DNA of 64,000 nucleotides from Alphaproteobacteria bacterium (GTDB lineage Bacteria; Pseudomonadota; Alphaproteobacteria; Bin95): NCBI GenBank assembly GCA_965205265.1, contig CBDBGH010000001.1, positions 32,001 to 96,000 of the forward strand, read 5' to 3'. Shown piece by piece: positions 32,084 to 43,239 of this stretch (position 1 is its first letter; each line of letters starts with the position of its first letter). The notes under the pieces were generated by a model. It saw only the letters and a program-made list of their open reading frames with translations, ran no database searches and was not told where the DNA came from. The position numbers and the translations under genes were made by a program.

Positions 32084-32377
32084 ACACCGCCCGCGGCGGC
32101 GAACTGTCAGGAAAGGTTGCGGATATATCCTGCCATGGTGTAAGAGGAATACCGGTCCGCTATGGAGGATATGATGGAGTGCGTCACTGGCCCGATGGGA
32201 TCGCAGTTCCACCGCATCGACGGCATCCCCACACCGCCCGCGGCGGCGAACTGTCAGGAAAGGTTGCGGATATATCCTGCCATGGTGTAAGAGGAATACC
32301 GGTCCGCTATGGAGGATATGATGGAGTGCGTCACTGGCCCGATGGGATCGCAGTTCCACCGCATCGACGGCATCCCC
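32084..32377 (+). repeat. 147-bp tandem duplication (promoter plus Uma2 start)
   Basis: 32084-32230 is repeated at 32231-32377. Confidence 0.9.
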
Positions 32378-33061
32378 CTGGACATGATGGGCAGACTGGC
32401 CGACATGGACTGGAACCTGGCGGGACGGCGCGTGATGATCGACGCCGCCCAGGGAATCATCTGCTGGATGTCTCCCTCAAGTGTCCATGAGGACATTTCC
32501 AGGGCGGCGGACAGGGTGGTGGAGCACGCCGGAACCCTGTCGGGGAAACAGGTGGTGATCAAGGGAGGCACCCGCTGGAAACGTCCCGGGGATCCGGAGG
32601 GCACGGGCCTGGAGGCGGACGCGGCCTTCTATGTCGGCGGGAACGCCGATGCCTGGTTCGCCGCCGCGAAAGATGGTGACCGGGCGATCCTCGACTTCGA
32701 GTCCGTCACACCGCCCGATCTCGTGGTGGAGGTCGAGGTCACCAACCTCGACCACGGCAAGCCAGACCGTTACGCGGCCCTTGGCGTTCGCGAGATGTGG
32801 CAGGTGACAAGGAAGATCAGTGACACGCCGCCCATCGTCCAGATCCTTGACCTTCAGGCGGAAAGAGGCCCCACACCGACGGAGACCTCGAGGCTCCTGC
32901 CCGTCCTGTCGCGGGACCGTCTCTCCGAGGCCCTGCGGATCGCGCGGATGAATCCCAGGGCGGAGACACGGGCGCGTCTCACGAAGATGCTGGCCAAGCG
33001 GCGCGGGCAGGAAACGGAGCCGGACCGCGGCGCGTCTGGGTCACCCTCACCGTTCGACTGA
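32309..33061 (+). CDS. Uma2-family endonuclease (paralog 2)
   Basis: Same motifs as paralog 1; ends EPDRGASGSPSPFD*. Confidence 0.85.
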   Translation: MEDMMECVTGPMGSQFHRIDGIPLDMMGRLADMDWNLAGRRVMIDAAQGIICWMSPSSVHEDISRAADRVVEHAGTLSGKQVVIKGGTRWKRPGDPEGTGLEADAAFYVGGNADAWFAAAKDGDRAILDFESVTPPDLVVEVEVTNLDHGKPDRYAALGVREMWQVTRKISDTPPIVQILDLQAERGPTPTETSRLLPVLSRDRLSEALRIARMNPRAETRARLTKMLAKRRGQETEPDRGASGSPSPFD

Positions 33062-33233
33062 TCCGGGGAATCACCGGCATCTGCCGGAGCGGACGGATTC
33101 CACGGGGTGGATGCCGACGCAAGGCCCATGCCGAAGGGACGGTCCGCCGGGTCCACGGGGAAACGAGGCCATCGCCCTCCATCCAGAAGCGCCCGTTGCC
33201 GTGCGGAGCGTGCCCGGAACCTGTGCCTGGCCG

Positions 33234-36200
33234 TCACCCCCCGACACCCACGCCGACGGTGCGGTCCCGTCCGGGCGCGACGCCGACCGATCTCCCGATG
33301 GACCGATGCAGCGCCACCCAAGGCGCGTCCGCGGCGGGCACGACCTCGTGCAGCGACCTCACATTCAAGGCGACGGTTCCGGCGTCCGCGCCCCGCAGGA
33401 CATCCGGAACCTCGCCGTCCCGTCCGGCCGTGGCCATCGCCTTGATCTCGGAGGCCGTGAACGCGCCGTAGAGCCGCTCCGCGAGCACCGCGCGCTCCAT
33501 CCCCGGTTCGGGTGATCCGAGCGTGGCGGACAGGACATCCCGCTCCCGCCGAAGCGTCAGGACATCCATTTCCGGCCGCCCCTTTCCGAGCGCCGCCGCC
33601 ATCGCCTCCGCGGTCCGCTCCGGCCCATCCCCTTCGGCGGTCACAACCGCCGCCGCCACCAGCCGCTCCAGCGGAGTCGGGACGACCTCCCGTCCGGCGA
33701 GCCGCCGCGCGGCCTTTCCATGCCGGTCCCGCCATTCATCGACGAGCGCCGGATCGGCGTAGACGGGCTCCCCGCGGAACCTGGCCGTTTCGGCCGCGAG
33801 GGAACTCTCCTGTATCTCCTGGCTGATGGAGACACGGAGGTCGGCCTCCGCCCGCGCACGGGCGATCGTGCGGGCCATGGCGGTGATATCCGCCTCCCGC
33901 CCGGATCGTTCCCGCACGGCATCCTTCAGAAGGGCATGGATCGCGTCCTGAAGGCCGGGCCCGTGGACCGGACTGTCGGCGTCAGCCCTCCGGGTGACCG
34001 CACAGGCAAGCGGCAGCGCCAGTTCCCGGCAGTGACCCTCCGTCATGGCATCGTAGCTCCGTGAAACGGCTACGCCGGATCCGCCAGCGGGTGCCGGTCC
34101 GTCCCCGGCCCGCTCCCGCCCCTTCGCCCCGAGCGCCTGCGCCCTGCCCCGCCATGCCGCCGCCGCGCCCCTTTCCGCGGCGTAGCCCGCCACGCGCCGT
34201 CGGCGCCGGGCAGCGCCCCCGATCCCGAACATTCCGAGGGCGTCGCGGGCCACCTGCTCGTCGGATCCCTCCACCGAAGCGAGGATGCCACCGATGTCGA
34301 GACCCCGCCGCATAGGCCGCCTTCCCCTCCGCCGCCGACGTTCCCCGCTGCCGAACGGCAGGCCGTCCATGCCCCGCCCCTGCCCCGCTCCGCGGGCCTT
34401 CGGGGCGACCAGGTCATCCACCTTGCCAAGCATCCGCGCGATCTGGGCCCGCTGGCCGTAGAGCGCCAGTCCGGCGTCGAACAGGTCCGCCACCCGCCCC
34501 TCCCCGGCCGCCCGCGCCAGAAGCGCGCCGCGCGCCAGTATCCGGGCGGTCGTCATCAGCCGTCCCGAACTGTCCGTTCCGGCCGCCTCCATCGCCAGCG
34601 CGTCGGCCTGCGCGGGCAGATCCCCCGGAGCCCCCGCCAGCATACTGCGCCAGTCTCCCCGGTCGCTGAGCGAGTGGACATACCGCTCGACCCCGAGACG
34701 GTCGGCACCCGCAGGGGCGGCGCCATCCCGCAGGATCGCCGCTCCGATCACCTCCCCGAGCACCTCTCCCTCCAGCCCCGCGGCGCCGCGTCGGGAATCT
34801 CGACCGACGAAAGCCCCGCCATGGACCGCAGGCGCTCCACCGCCGCCGCAACGCGGCCGGCCGCCGGATGGTCCACCGCGGTGACGTACCCCCTCAGCGC
34901 CTCGCGTCCGGCGAGCGCCGGCGCGAATCCGTAGTCAAGGGCGCTTCGGGCGGAGGCGTCCCGACGGAGGATCCGCGACAGCACCTCAAGCTTCCGGCCT
35001 TCGGCGGCCGGGACGACCACGTTCAGGTCGGTTCCATGCAGGTTCATGGCCGACACCAGGAGCTGGCGGTTCATTCCTGGAGAGGCGAGGAGATGGACGC
35101 TCTCCGGTCGACGGCCCAGCTCGCCGTGGATCGTTCCGGCGAAGCTGAACCGCCACTCCGGCACCCTGTCGCCGGGACGCCACACGACCTCGCGCGCGGA
35201 GGCGCCCGCACCGATCTCCATCAGCAGCGCCCCGCCGTCCGTCCTGCCGACCAGCACCGCCTCCTCCCCTGCCCGGACAAAGGGGCCGCCCTGCTCGGTC
35301 CGGCCCGCGCCGCCGAGCCGCCCGTTCGCCGTCAGGAACCTGATCCTGTCGCCCGGCCGCAGGTCCTGGAAAAGCCCTTCGGTCCCGTCCACCCACGACC
35401 TGCGGTCCTCGCGTTCATGGTCCAGCCTTCTGCGGATCGCGGAGGTGAGCGCCGCGACCTCGGCACGCGACCAGGCCAGCGCCACCCTGTCCCGACTGCC
35501 GTCCCGTACATACGCCTCGGCCAGGACCTCGACCGCCTTCCGTGGGGTCGTGCCCGAGACGATGACGCCCTCGGCCTCGAGTGCTGCGAGCGCCCCTTCC
35601 GCCGCGACACCGCCCCGGGCCAGATCGGAGAGTGCCAGCGCCCGTTCCGGCGCCCTGCCGAACACCTCGTCGAGCCTGGCCGCGCCAAGGCGGACCTCAA
35701 GGGCCCGGAACACCGGTCCGGCGGCGGGCGGCGCCTGCATGCCACCGTCGACCATGGCGACCAGCCGGGCACCGCTTTCCTCCACCATCCCAAGCAGCCG
35801 CCCCGCCTGCTTTCCCGCGAGACGCCCGGCGTCATCGAGAACGATGACGGTCCGCCGGTCCAGTCTCACATGACCGGCCTCGGCCCTGTTCAGGAACGCC
35901 CGCACCGACCATGGATCGGCGATCCCGGCGTCCCGGAGCGAATCGAGGCCGGCCCCTGTCGGCGCCAGTCCGACCGCCTGCCATCCCGCCCGGCCGTAGG
36001 CGTCCAACACCGCCGCCGAGACGCGGGTCTTGCCGGTGCCGGAGTCACCCCTGACCAGCCGGAGCCGCCCCGGCGACACGGCATGGTCGAACGCCATCGA
36101 CTGCGCCTCTCCCAGCCGCGCCCGTTCGTCAGGCGTCAGCGGGGCCGCGCCGTCCGGCTGTCCGTAGGGCGCCCCGCCGAGAGCCAGCCTGACGCCCCTG

Positions 36201-39200
36201 TCGACCGCCTCGAGATCCGTCGCGATCTGGTCCCGTCCCGTGTAGACGCGGCCCTCCCCGTGCAGGCCGGTCTCCGAGAGCACCAGAAGATCCGGATGGG
36301 CCATCGCCCGCAGGAACAGCCGCAGGAACGTCTCCGGCTCCGCCACCACCCTGGCCAGACGGTCGGCGACCTCGTCGGCCCGGAGGACGGACTGTCGTTC
36401 CAGCAGGTCGTCGACGATCCGCTGTGGCTCCAGGGCGTAGTCGCGCGGATCATCCCCGACCGGCGGATCACCTTCGCTCCAGCCGGCGGAGAGCAGGCCG
36501 GCGTACCGCTCCGCCGCGCCGATGAGCGCGGTGTCGCCAAGAACGCCGGACGGCCGCCGGGCGGTGTCGTCGCCCATCCAGTCGAGCCTGGCCCCGACCC
36601 CGACGCTCTCCGCAGCCGTTCCGGAGGAGGGCCATGCACGGTCGGGAACGTCCGGGAGGCCGGTGGAGAGGTGGCCGGGCACGCTGGCCAGCCTGCGAAG
36701 GTCACCCTCGGTCTCCAGATGCCGTCGCCGACCGAACACCCTGACACTCCTGCGGTGGCGCGTGAGCGCAACATAGACCGCATGCCTGTGCAGCCGCGCA
36801 TGGCCCAGGACCAGGGCGTGGTCAACGGTGAGTCCCTGCGCCTTGTGGACCGTCGCGGCGAATCCGCGGTCGAGGTCGCGGAATTCGGAAAGGTCGATCG
36901 TGACGGTCCGCTCCATCCCGTCCATGCTGACGTCGATGGACCCCTCCCGTGTCGAGGTCACCGTTCCGAAAGCGGACCGGGGCAGTTCCAGTTCCCTGTG
37001 CGGACGCGTCAGCATGATCCGGTCACCCACACCCAGATCCAGCGCGACCGGGGTTCTCCGGGGCGCCGTGCCCGACCGGTCGATCCGGTCGATCGACCCG
37101 TAGCTGCGGACCGTGTCGCGGTCGATCACGCCGCGCCGGAGCGCCTCGGCGCGGATCCTGTCGTTGAGCGCCCAGACATCCCGGTTCGAGTATCCCATCG
37201 CGATGCGGCTCTCATCCACCCCGCCCCCTTCGAAATACTCCGCCGCCAGCGCCGCCACGGGATCGGAAAGCACCCGTCCATCCAGACGCAGCGCACCCTG
37301 TCCCGCGTAGTGGCCGATGGCCAGTCCGGCCTCCGGACCGCCCTCCGCCAGCCGCCCGCTCGCGATGCGGTCGCCCGTGCCCTCCTGCCGCACGACCTGG
37401 CTGACGGTCACCGATGGCCCCGCCCCGCGCTCGGCCGGATGCCAGCCCGCGATCTCGGCGACGGGCTGCAGCTGCTCGGGGTCGCCCACGGCGACCAGCT
37501 TGCCACCCAGTTCGGCGATCCGGTCCTGGATGCGCAGCCACTGGGCGGCACCGACCATGCCGGCCTCGTCCATGAAGACGACGAACCGGCCCGGCGGAGG
37601 CAGGTCGCCCCTCGCCCAGCGGGCCTCCCACGCCGCCAGCGTGGCGGCCTTCATGCCCCGCACGCCGCCGAGTTCCTGGACGGCCTTGCCCGCCAGGGCG
37701 GTTCCCATCACCTCGAAGCCCCGCGACCGCCAGACCCGCGCCGCCTCGGCGACCGCGAAGGTCTTGCCCACCCCCGCGTGGCCCTGCACCATCGTCAGCC
37801 GGGACGGCGAGAGCATCGCCGCCGCCGCGGCCCGCTGTCCGGCATTGAGGTTCCCCGAAAGGGCCCCGGCTCCCGGCAGGGCCGGATCCAGATCCAGAAC
37901 CGACCCGGCGAGATCGCGCGCAGCGGCGGCGAGGCTCTGTTCGGCGGCGGCACGGGCCGCCGTGACATACTGCGGGGGCCCGTCCGGTGTCGTACGCTCC
38001 AGCTCGATGAGTTCCGGATGCGCCATCGCCCGGTCGCCAAGCTCCAGTATCCGGTCCCGCTCCAGCGACCCGCCGAGCCGGACTTCCAACGCCCCCCGGA
38101 CGTCCGCTTCCGTGAAGACGGCCTTCTGGCTCTGGACGACGATCAGGATGTGTTCCGGACTGTCGGCGAGGAACCGCCGGTTGCGCTCCCTGACCTCGGC
38201 GGTCCTGTCGCTCTCCCGCGCCTCGCCGTCTCCGGCCCGGGCATGGGCGGCGATGTATGGATTGTGGGACTCCGGCTCCAGCAGGAGCCCCCGGTCCCGG
38301 TTCGACCGGTGGTCGACCCGCTCCACGAAACCCTCGCGGGCCAGCGCCACGTTGACATGCGCCGCCCACGCCTCCCGCCACTCCTGGAGAAGGGATCGGG
38401 AATTCCAGGCCCGGACCTTCGCGCCCCATCCATCGTCGCCCAGCCCCCTGAGCGTCAGCATGACGTGCGCATGGGGATTGCCGTCGCCCTTGTCGTGGAT
38501 GACCCAGTCGGCGACCATGCCCCGCCCCGTGAACGCCTCGGCCACGAAGTCCCGCATCAGCCCGATCTGCGAACCGCGGCCGAGTTCGCCGGGAAGCGCG
38601 ATGGTCAGGGAGCGCGCGAGCTGCGCCGTCCGGAATTTCGTGTTGACCGCACGTTCCCTGTCCTGAACCCCGTTCCAGAGCCGTTCGGAGAGCTTCGCCC
38701 AGACGGCCCTTTCCACCGCATCACCCGCGACGGCGGTCCCGTCGCCTCCGGGCGGCGGCGGTGCGGGAAGACGATCGATCTCCATCCCGATGGCCCGGGC
38801 ATGCGGTGTGCGCACCGCCCAGTCCGGCGCTCTCTCCAGAAGCCTGCCAAGCCCGGCCCTCACCGCCTCGGCCGACACGGATCCGCTGACGTCCTCGCCG
38901 GTGGCGGTCAGCGTCGCTTCCAGCGCGTTCGGCCCGAAGTGCTCCCTCGCCCAGTGAGGTCCGGTACCGGTGGCGTCGTCCAGGACATCCATCACCGCGG
39001 CGTAGGCGTCCGCCGTTCCGCCATCCGGTCCGTTTCCATCCGGCGACATCTCAAGGGCCGCGGCCTCGAACGCGCTGGTCCCGAACGCGGTCTCCGCCCA
39101 GGCCGGGGCGCCGTCCGGCAGCGCGATTTCCGAATGGATCAGCTCGCCCGCCTTGACGGAGTGGTTGAGGGTCCGGGCGTCCTGCTCGGACCGCATGACG

Positions 39201-39286
39201 GCGGCGTGGCGGTAGGCGGCGGACGCCACAGCGCTCCCGCCCGTGCCCCGCGAGATGATTCCGACTGACAGCCTGAAGATCGCCAT
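33234..39286 (-). CDS. traA: Ti-type (MOBQ) conjugative relaxase-helicase TraA, split by a 1-bp frameshift near 34778
   Basis: MAIFRL..SAVASAAYR, IALPGEL, WVIHDKGDGNPHAHVMLTLR, VDHRS; helicase motifs QGHAGVGKT, MDEAGM, VGDPEQLQP, ATVHKAQG; second module GDSGTGKT; the 33234-34763 ORF continues in another frame. Confidence 0.9.
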
Positions 39287-39305
39287 GGCGCCATTCTACA
39301 GGCCG

Positions 39306-39344
39306 CATCAAACTTTGCAAGTTTGATGTATAAGCGTGCCTGAA
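39306..39344 (+). other. Candidate oriT (MOBQ type)
   Basis: Perfect 10-bp IR CATCAAACTT-tgc-AAGTTTGATG followed by TATAAGCGTGCC, resembling the MOBQ nic core TAA[G/T]TGCGCCC; 20 bp upstream of the traA start. Confidence 0.65.
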
Positions 39345-39429
39345 CCGGAATCCGTCGGCTGCGCGCGCCGGATTCCGGATTCCGCGCCGCCAGCGCGGAT
39401 ATGGCGGCTGGCGCTTCTCCGCACGAAAT

Positions 39430-39525
39430 GCGAAAGATCTGAATCATGTGAATGATATGCATGAGTCGAATCATATGAATGTTGTGAATGAGTCGAATGA
39501 TTCACGACATTCGACTTCGCCGACC
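39430..39525. promoter_or_regulatory. 9-bp-periodic GAAT operator-like array, copy A
   Basis: GAAT/GCAT at 39441, 39450, 39459, 39468, 39477, 39486 and 39495. Confidence 0.7.
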
Positions 39526-39538
39526 GAAGGAGTGAAGG

Positions 39539-39763
39539 ATGCGCGAAATTCCCCTGTCAGACATCCACCGCCGAGCAGGTGACGTCCTCGAGATCGCCGA
39601 GGCCGGACCCGTGGCGCTCACACGCTACAGCCGCGCCCGCTTCGTCCTGATGAGTGCCGATCACTACGAAACCCTCGGCAGTGCCGACGATGCAACGGAC
39701 GTGACTGCCGTGGCGGAAGTCCCGAAGGAGGCGGAGGTACCCGCCCAGCCTACCCTTCTCTGA
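39539..39763 (+). CDS. Orphan Phd/YefM-fold protein (possible regulator)
   Basis: DIHRRAGDVLEIAEAGPVALTRYSRARFVLMSADHY; RBS AAGGAG; no toxin downstream. Confidence 0.75.
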   Translation: MREIPLSDIHRRAGDVLEIAEAGPVALTRYSRARFVLMSADHYETLGSADDATDVTAVAEVPKEAEVPAQPTLL

Positions 39764-39944
39764 CGGCCTGCCGGATTCCGCCCATCGGCACCGAAGCGGG
39801 ACCTTCGGAAGTTCCGTTCGCAGTCATTGATGCGGTGAGTCTAATGTGCTGGCGGTTTCGCGGATCTGATGGCTCAGGCGCGGATCTTTGGATTTCCGGC
39901 GCTGTTCGGGCGAGTGGTCACGTCGGAGACGCCAGGAGGCATCG

Positions 39945-40733
39945 CTAGTCCCGGTAGTTCCGAACCGCGTCGTCATCCAGCCTGTCGTGGGGTACGAGGC
40001 GGTAATGGCGCTCTTCAGCAACCCTGACCTCATCATTCTGGAGCGTGAGTTCGAAAAGCGCGATCACCTGATCCTTCATGAACTGCGCCGCCACCGCCCT
40101 GACCATCATTCCCGGGAATCTCTGCTCGGCGAAACGGAGATCCTGCGTGGTCTGGACAATGCCGATCTGGTCCTTTCCACCCTTGACCTGAACAGGAATG
40201 ACGTAGTGGCATCCACGCCTGTCGAGTCCGACATAGAGTTCGTCTATCTCGATCTGGCCCACCCCTCTCACAGTGGTTCGCAGATGGTTCTGGAGACTGT
40301 AGACCGTCAGTCCGAGAAAGGTGTCAATCAGCCGGTTGTACCGCACGACGGCCAGCAGCGCCTGCTCATCGTCAAGCGCATACTTGCGGATCATCTCCGG
40401 CGTCGCGTCCGGAATGTCGGCAACCGTGAGATCATCCCGCGGCAGGATCCGGGTTTCCCTGACCAGCCTGAATCGATACCGTCCCTTGCCCGCCCCCTCG
40501 ATCACCCATTCGCGTCCCTGCGGCTGGGTGTCCAGGATACTCTCCGGTAGCCTGTTGCGATACCGGAAGGAGTATGGCACATCGCCGACGTTCCTGACCC
40601 GCTCGAACCCGAGCGCGGCCGCGCCTTCCTCCAGTTCCTCCCGTACAACCTCGAATTCGGTCGTTCCATCGGCGTAGTGATCAAAGAATATCTTCTCGAT
40701 CAGAGCCTGATAGCGGTTTGGTCCCCTAGCCAT
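39945..40733 (-). CDS. Putative type II restriction endonuclease
   Basis: 262 aa directly downstream of the C5-MTase; QIEIDELYVG..PVQVKGG PD-(D/E)xK-like core. Confidence 0.7.
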   Translation of the reverse strand: MARGPNRYQALIEKIFFDHYADGTTEFEVVREELEEGAAALGFERVRNVGDVPYSFRYRNRLPESILDTQPQGREWVIEGAGKGRYRFRLVRETRILPRDDLTVADIPDATPEMIRKYALDDEQALLAVVRYNRLIDTFLGLTVYSLQNHLRTTVRGVGQIEIDELYVGLDRRGCHYVIPVQVKGGKDQIGIVQTTQDLRFAEQRFPGMMVRAVAAQFMKDQVIALFELTLQNDEVRVAEERHYRLVPHDRLDDDAVRNYRD

Positions 40734-40761
40734 GGGCCACCAGATGCCCGTCCATCTCGCG

Positions 40762-42057
40762 CTAAATGTCGATTTGTCTGCGCTTACGGACCCCGCTTTT
40801 CCTGTCCCGGCAGCCGGGAGGCGGCTTTACACCGAAGTGCCGAGAGGCAGCGGAACGGTCGAAGGTCAGGAATGCCGGATCTCCCAGAACCACGCCTTGC
40901 TGCGGACGGGGCGGTGTCAGGCCAAGGGCATCCACTATGCTTCCGGCCAGCGCTCGCACGAGTGGAGGTGGAACGGCGTTTCCGACCTGCCGTGCACCAT
41001 GCCACTTGGTGACGTGCAGACGGAACCAGTCGGGAAATCCGTGCAGGCGCGCCATCTCACGAACCGTGATGCAGCGGGCGTGGCGGTAGTGAATCGGCCG
41101 TGGACTGGTGAAGGCGCCGCGCGCGCCGTCCGTACCTGCCCGCAGTGTGTTGGACACGCCATCCTGCGGAAGCCTGAAGAACCGGCTGATCGGTTCAACG
41201 GTGCCCGGTACCGTCATGCCGAAGCGCCGCCTTGAAATCTCGGTATGCTCCGTGCGGGCACTTGACGTGAGGAGTGTCGGCGTCCATTCGCGAACATACC
41301 CACTGAACCAGGCGTCACCCGGTATGCATCGCAGGGTTGCGGCGTAAGCCGACGGATCGCCGTAAGACGTGGTCGACACCGAATCCGATACCAGCAGGGT
41401 ACGGAAACGCTCTGCATCGGGCAGGTCTGCCAGTGCGTCAGCGCAGCTTGGCCCGTCAGGCAGATTCCCGTAGGTCCTGGGTCTGCCTCTGATGTTGGTG
41501 GTCGGATCGGGATATTCAGGTAGAGGCGTTCCGTTCCTCGCACCGACAAGGATCAGGCGTTCGCGGTTCTGGGGTGTGCCGTAATGTCCGGCGTTCAGAA
41601 CGCGCCACGGGGTGCGCACCCGGTAGCCGACCTCCGAGAATGCCGTCACCAGCTCATCAAGAATCTATCTATGTCTACCGACCGTAAGGCCCTTGACGTT
41701 CTCGAAAACGAAAGTCCGTATGCCGAGTTCCGAAACGATGCGTACGAAGTCCCGGACCAGTCGGTTGCGGGGATCGTCGAGCACGCGCTGGCCGATCAGC
41801 GAGAATCCCTGGCACGGTGCCCCGCCGAAGACACAGTCCACTTCCCTGTCTCCGATCCCTGCCATCATGCGGATGTCGTCACCACTCAGCTTCTCCACTG
41901 AATGTGGCACGGTAACCGTGTCGGGAAAATTGAATTTATGTACGGCACAGTGCACCGGGTCGATCTCGACAGCGGCGCGGACATCGAACCCCGCCTGCTC
42001 GAATCCCAGGCTCAGCCCACCGACTCCGGAGAAAAGATCTATGCCGGTTGGCCTCAT
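40762..42057 (-). pseudogene. dcm: DNA (cytosine-5)-methyltransferase with an in-frame TAG at 41665-41667
   Basis: DLFSGVGG, GGAPCQGFS, FENVKG, PQNRER, RLHGFPDWF, QVGNAVPP; both halves in the same frame. Confidence 0.88.
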
Positions 42058-42408
42058 GACGCCATGTCTCCGTCCCTGCTGAGGCTGGCGTTATCACGAA
42101 CACATTTCGTATGTCAAACCATTGCGTACCCTAAATGTGGCTTTGCCGAAGATGGGCATCCGAACCACCCCCTCGCTGGTTCCACACCACGGGAGTGCCG
42201 GTCCCTCCCGGAATTACGGAAGCCCCGGGACTCATATATTATCCTTTCGTCTCGTCTTGAGGAGTTCCGTACACTACGGAAACCTCGGCATATGCACCTG
42301 AACAACTGAGGGGAAGGGCGGGGATGCGGAAGGGTCCCGGAGATTTCAGTGGTTCGGCTGCTGCCCTGATGGCTGGCATCAGTCGGCGCTGCAGCTCGGT
42401 TGCCGCAA

Positions 42409-43032
42409 TCAGACGAATGGGACGATGTCCAGCAGCCATCTTGCTGAGTCAGCGGCCAGATCCCCCATGAGAGCGAGGACTGGCTGCAGCCCATGTCTTG
42501 CAAGTATCCCTGTGAGGACGAACGCGCCAAGCGTCCCGTAGGCGATGGCGGCTGCTGCGATAGCTTTCCTGAGACCTCCCGGGCGTCGGTTGGCCATGTG
42601 TTCCATATTTCTCAGGCCCAGCTGCACTTCCTGCGTCAGTCCCTCGATCGCTTTGCGGAGGCTGACCAGCTCGCTGTCGCCTTCCGGGCGGCTGCGTTTC
42701 TGAGCATCGGGGGCGGGGCCGGAAGCGGAGACTGGACCGCCATCCCTGGAAGTGGACAGATCACCGGACGGTGACGGTCTCTCATTCGTCGGCACCTGGT
42801 GACCGTCGGCCATGAACAGGACCGTCGCACGATCAAGCAGCCTCTTCGGCGGCGCGGTCCGGCCACGCTCAACTGCCGAGATCGTGCATCTTGACACCTC
42901 AAGCGCCGTCGCGAACTCCGCCTGGGTCATTCCGGCTGCCAGTCTGATCCGTCTGATATCGCCGCCCGGGTTCGCTACAGCTACGCTCAATGGATACCTC
43001 CGATCCCGCCAGTTATGGGCGATGCGGCCCAT
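42409..43032 (-). CDS. XRE-family HTH protein with C-terminal hydrophobic segment (start uncertain)
   Basis: IRRIRLAAGMTQAEFATALEVSRCTISAVERG; AIAAAAIAYGTLGAFVLTGIL. Confidence 0.7.
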   Translation of the reverse strand: MGRIAHNWRDRRYPLSVAVANPGGDIRRIRLAAGMTQAEFATALEVSRCTISAVERGRTAPPKRLLDRATVLFMADGHQVPTNERPSPSGDLSTSRDGGPVSASGPAPDAQKRSRPEGDSELVSLRKAIEGLTQEVQLGLRNMEHMANRRPGGLRKAIAAAAIAYGTLGAFVLTGILARHGLQPVLALMGDLAADSARWLLDIVPFV

Positions 43033-43047
43033 GGTGACTGCCACGGA

Positions 43048-43178
43048 ATGTAGCACGGTGTAGAATCGCATTCTACATGTAGAATTCATTTGAAAACAGC
43101 GTCTTGGTCAAGCGCTTTGCCGTCTGGTTCCACATCGTTCTACATCATTCTACATGGGATTCTACATCGTGCTACATC
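43048..43178. promoter_or_regulatory. TTCTACAT repeat/palindrome array
   Basis: Palindrome ATTCTACATGTAGAAT (43070-43085) plus about five direct TTCTACAT-like copies at 43128-43178. Confidence 0.65.
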
Positions 43179-43239
43179 TGGCGCACCACGCTGTGGCAAC
43201 GAATCCACCTTGGCATGTGCCCTGCGGCGGGGCCGGTCG

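Noticed and set aside
25135-33100. Integron cassette array or complete DGR
   Set aside because: No integrase, no attC-type RYYYAAC/GTTRRRY hairpins, and no reverse transcriptase or template repeat in the window.
34868-39268. 1466-aa plus-strand ORF and many similar long ORFs
   Set aside because: Antisense shadows of real genes in GC-rich DNA, with no motifs.
39430-39525. CRISPR array
   Set aside because: Contiguous 9-bp units with no spacers, and no cas genes.
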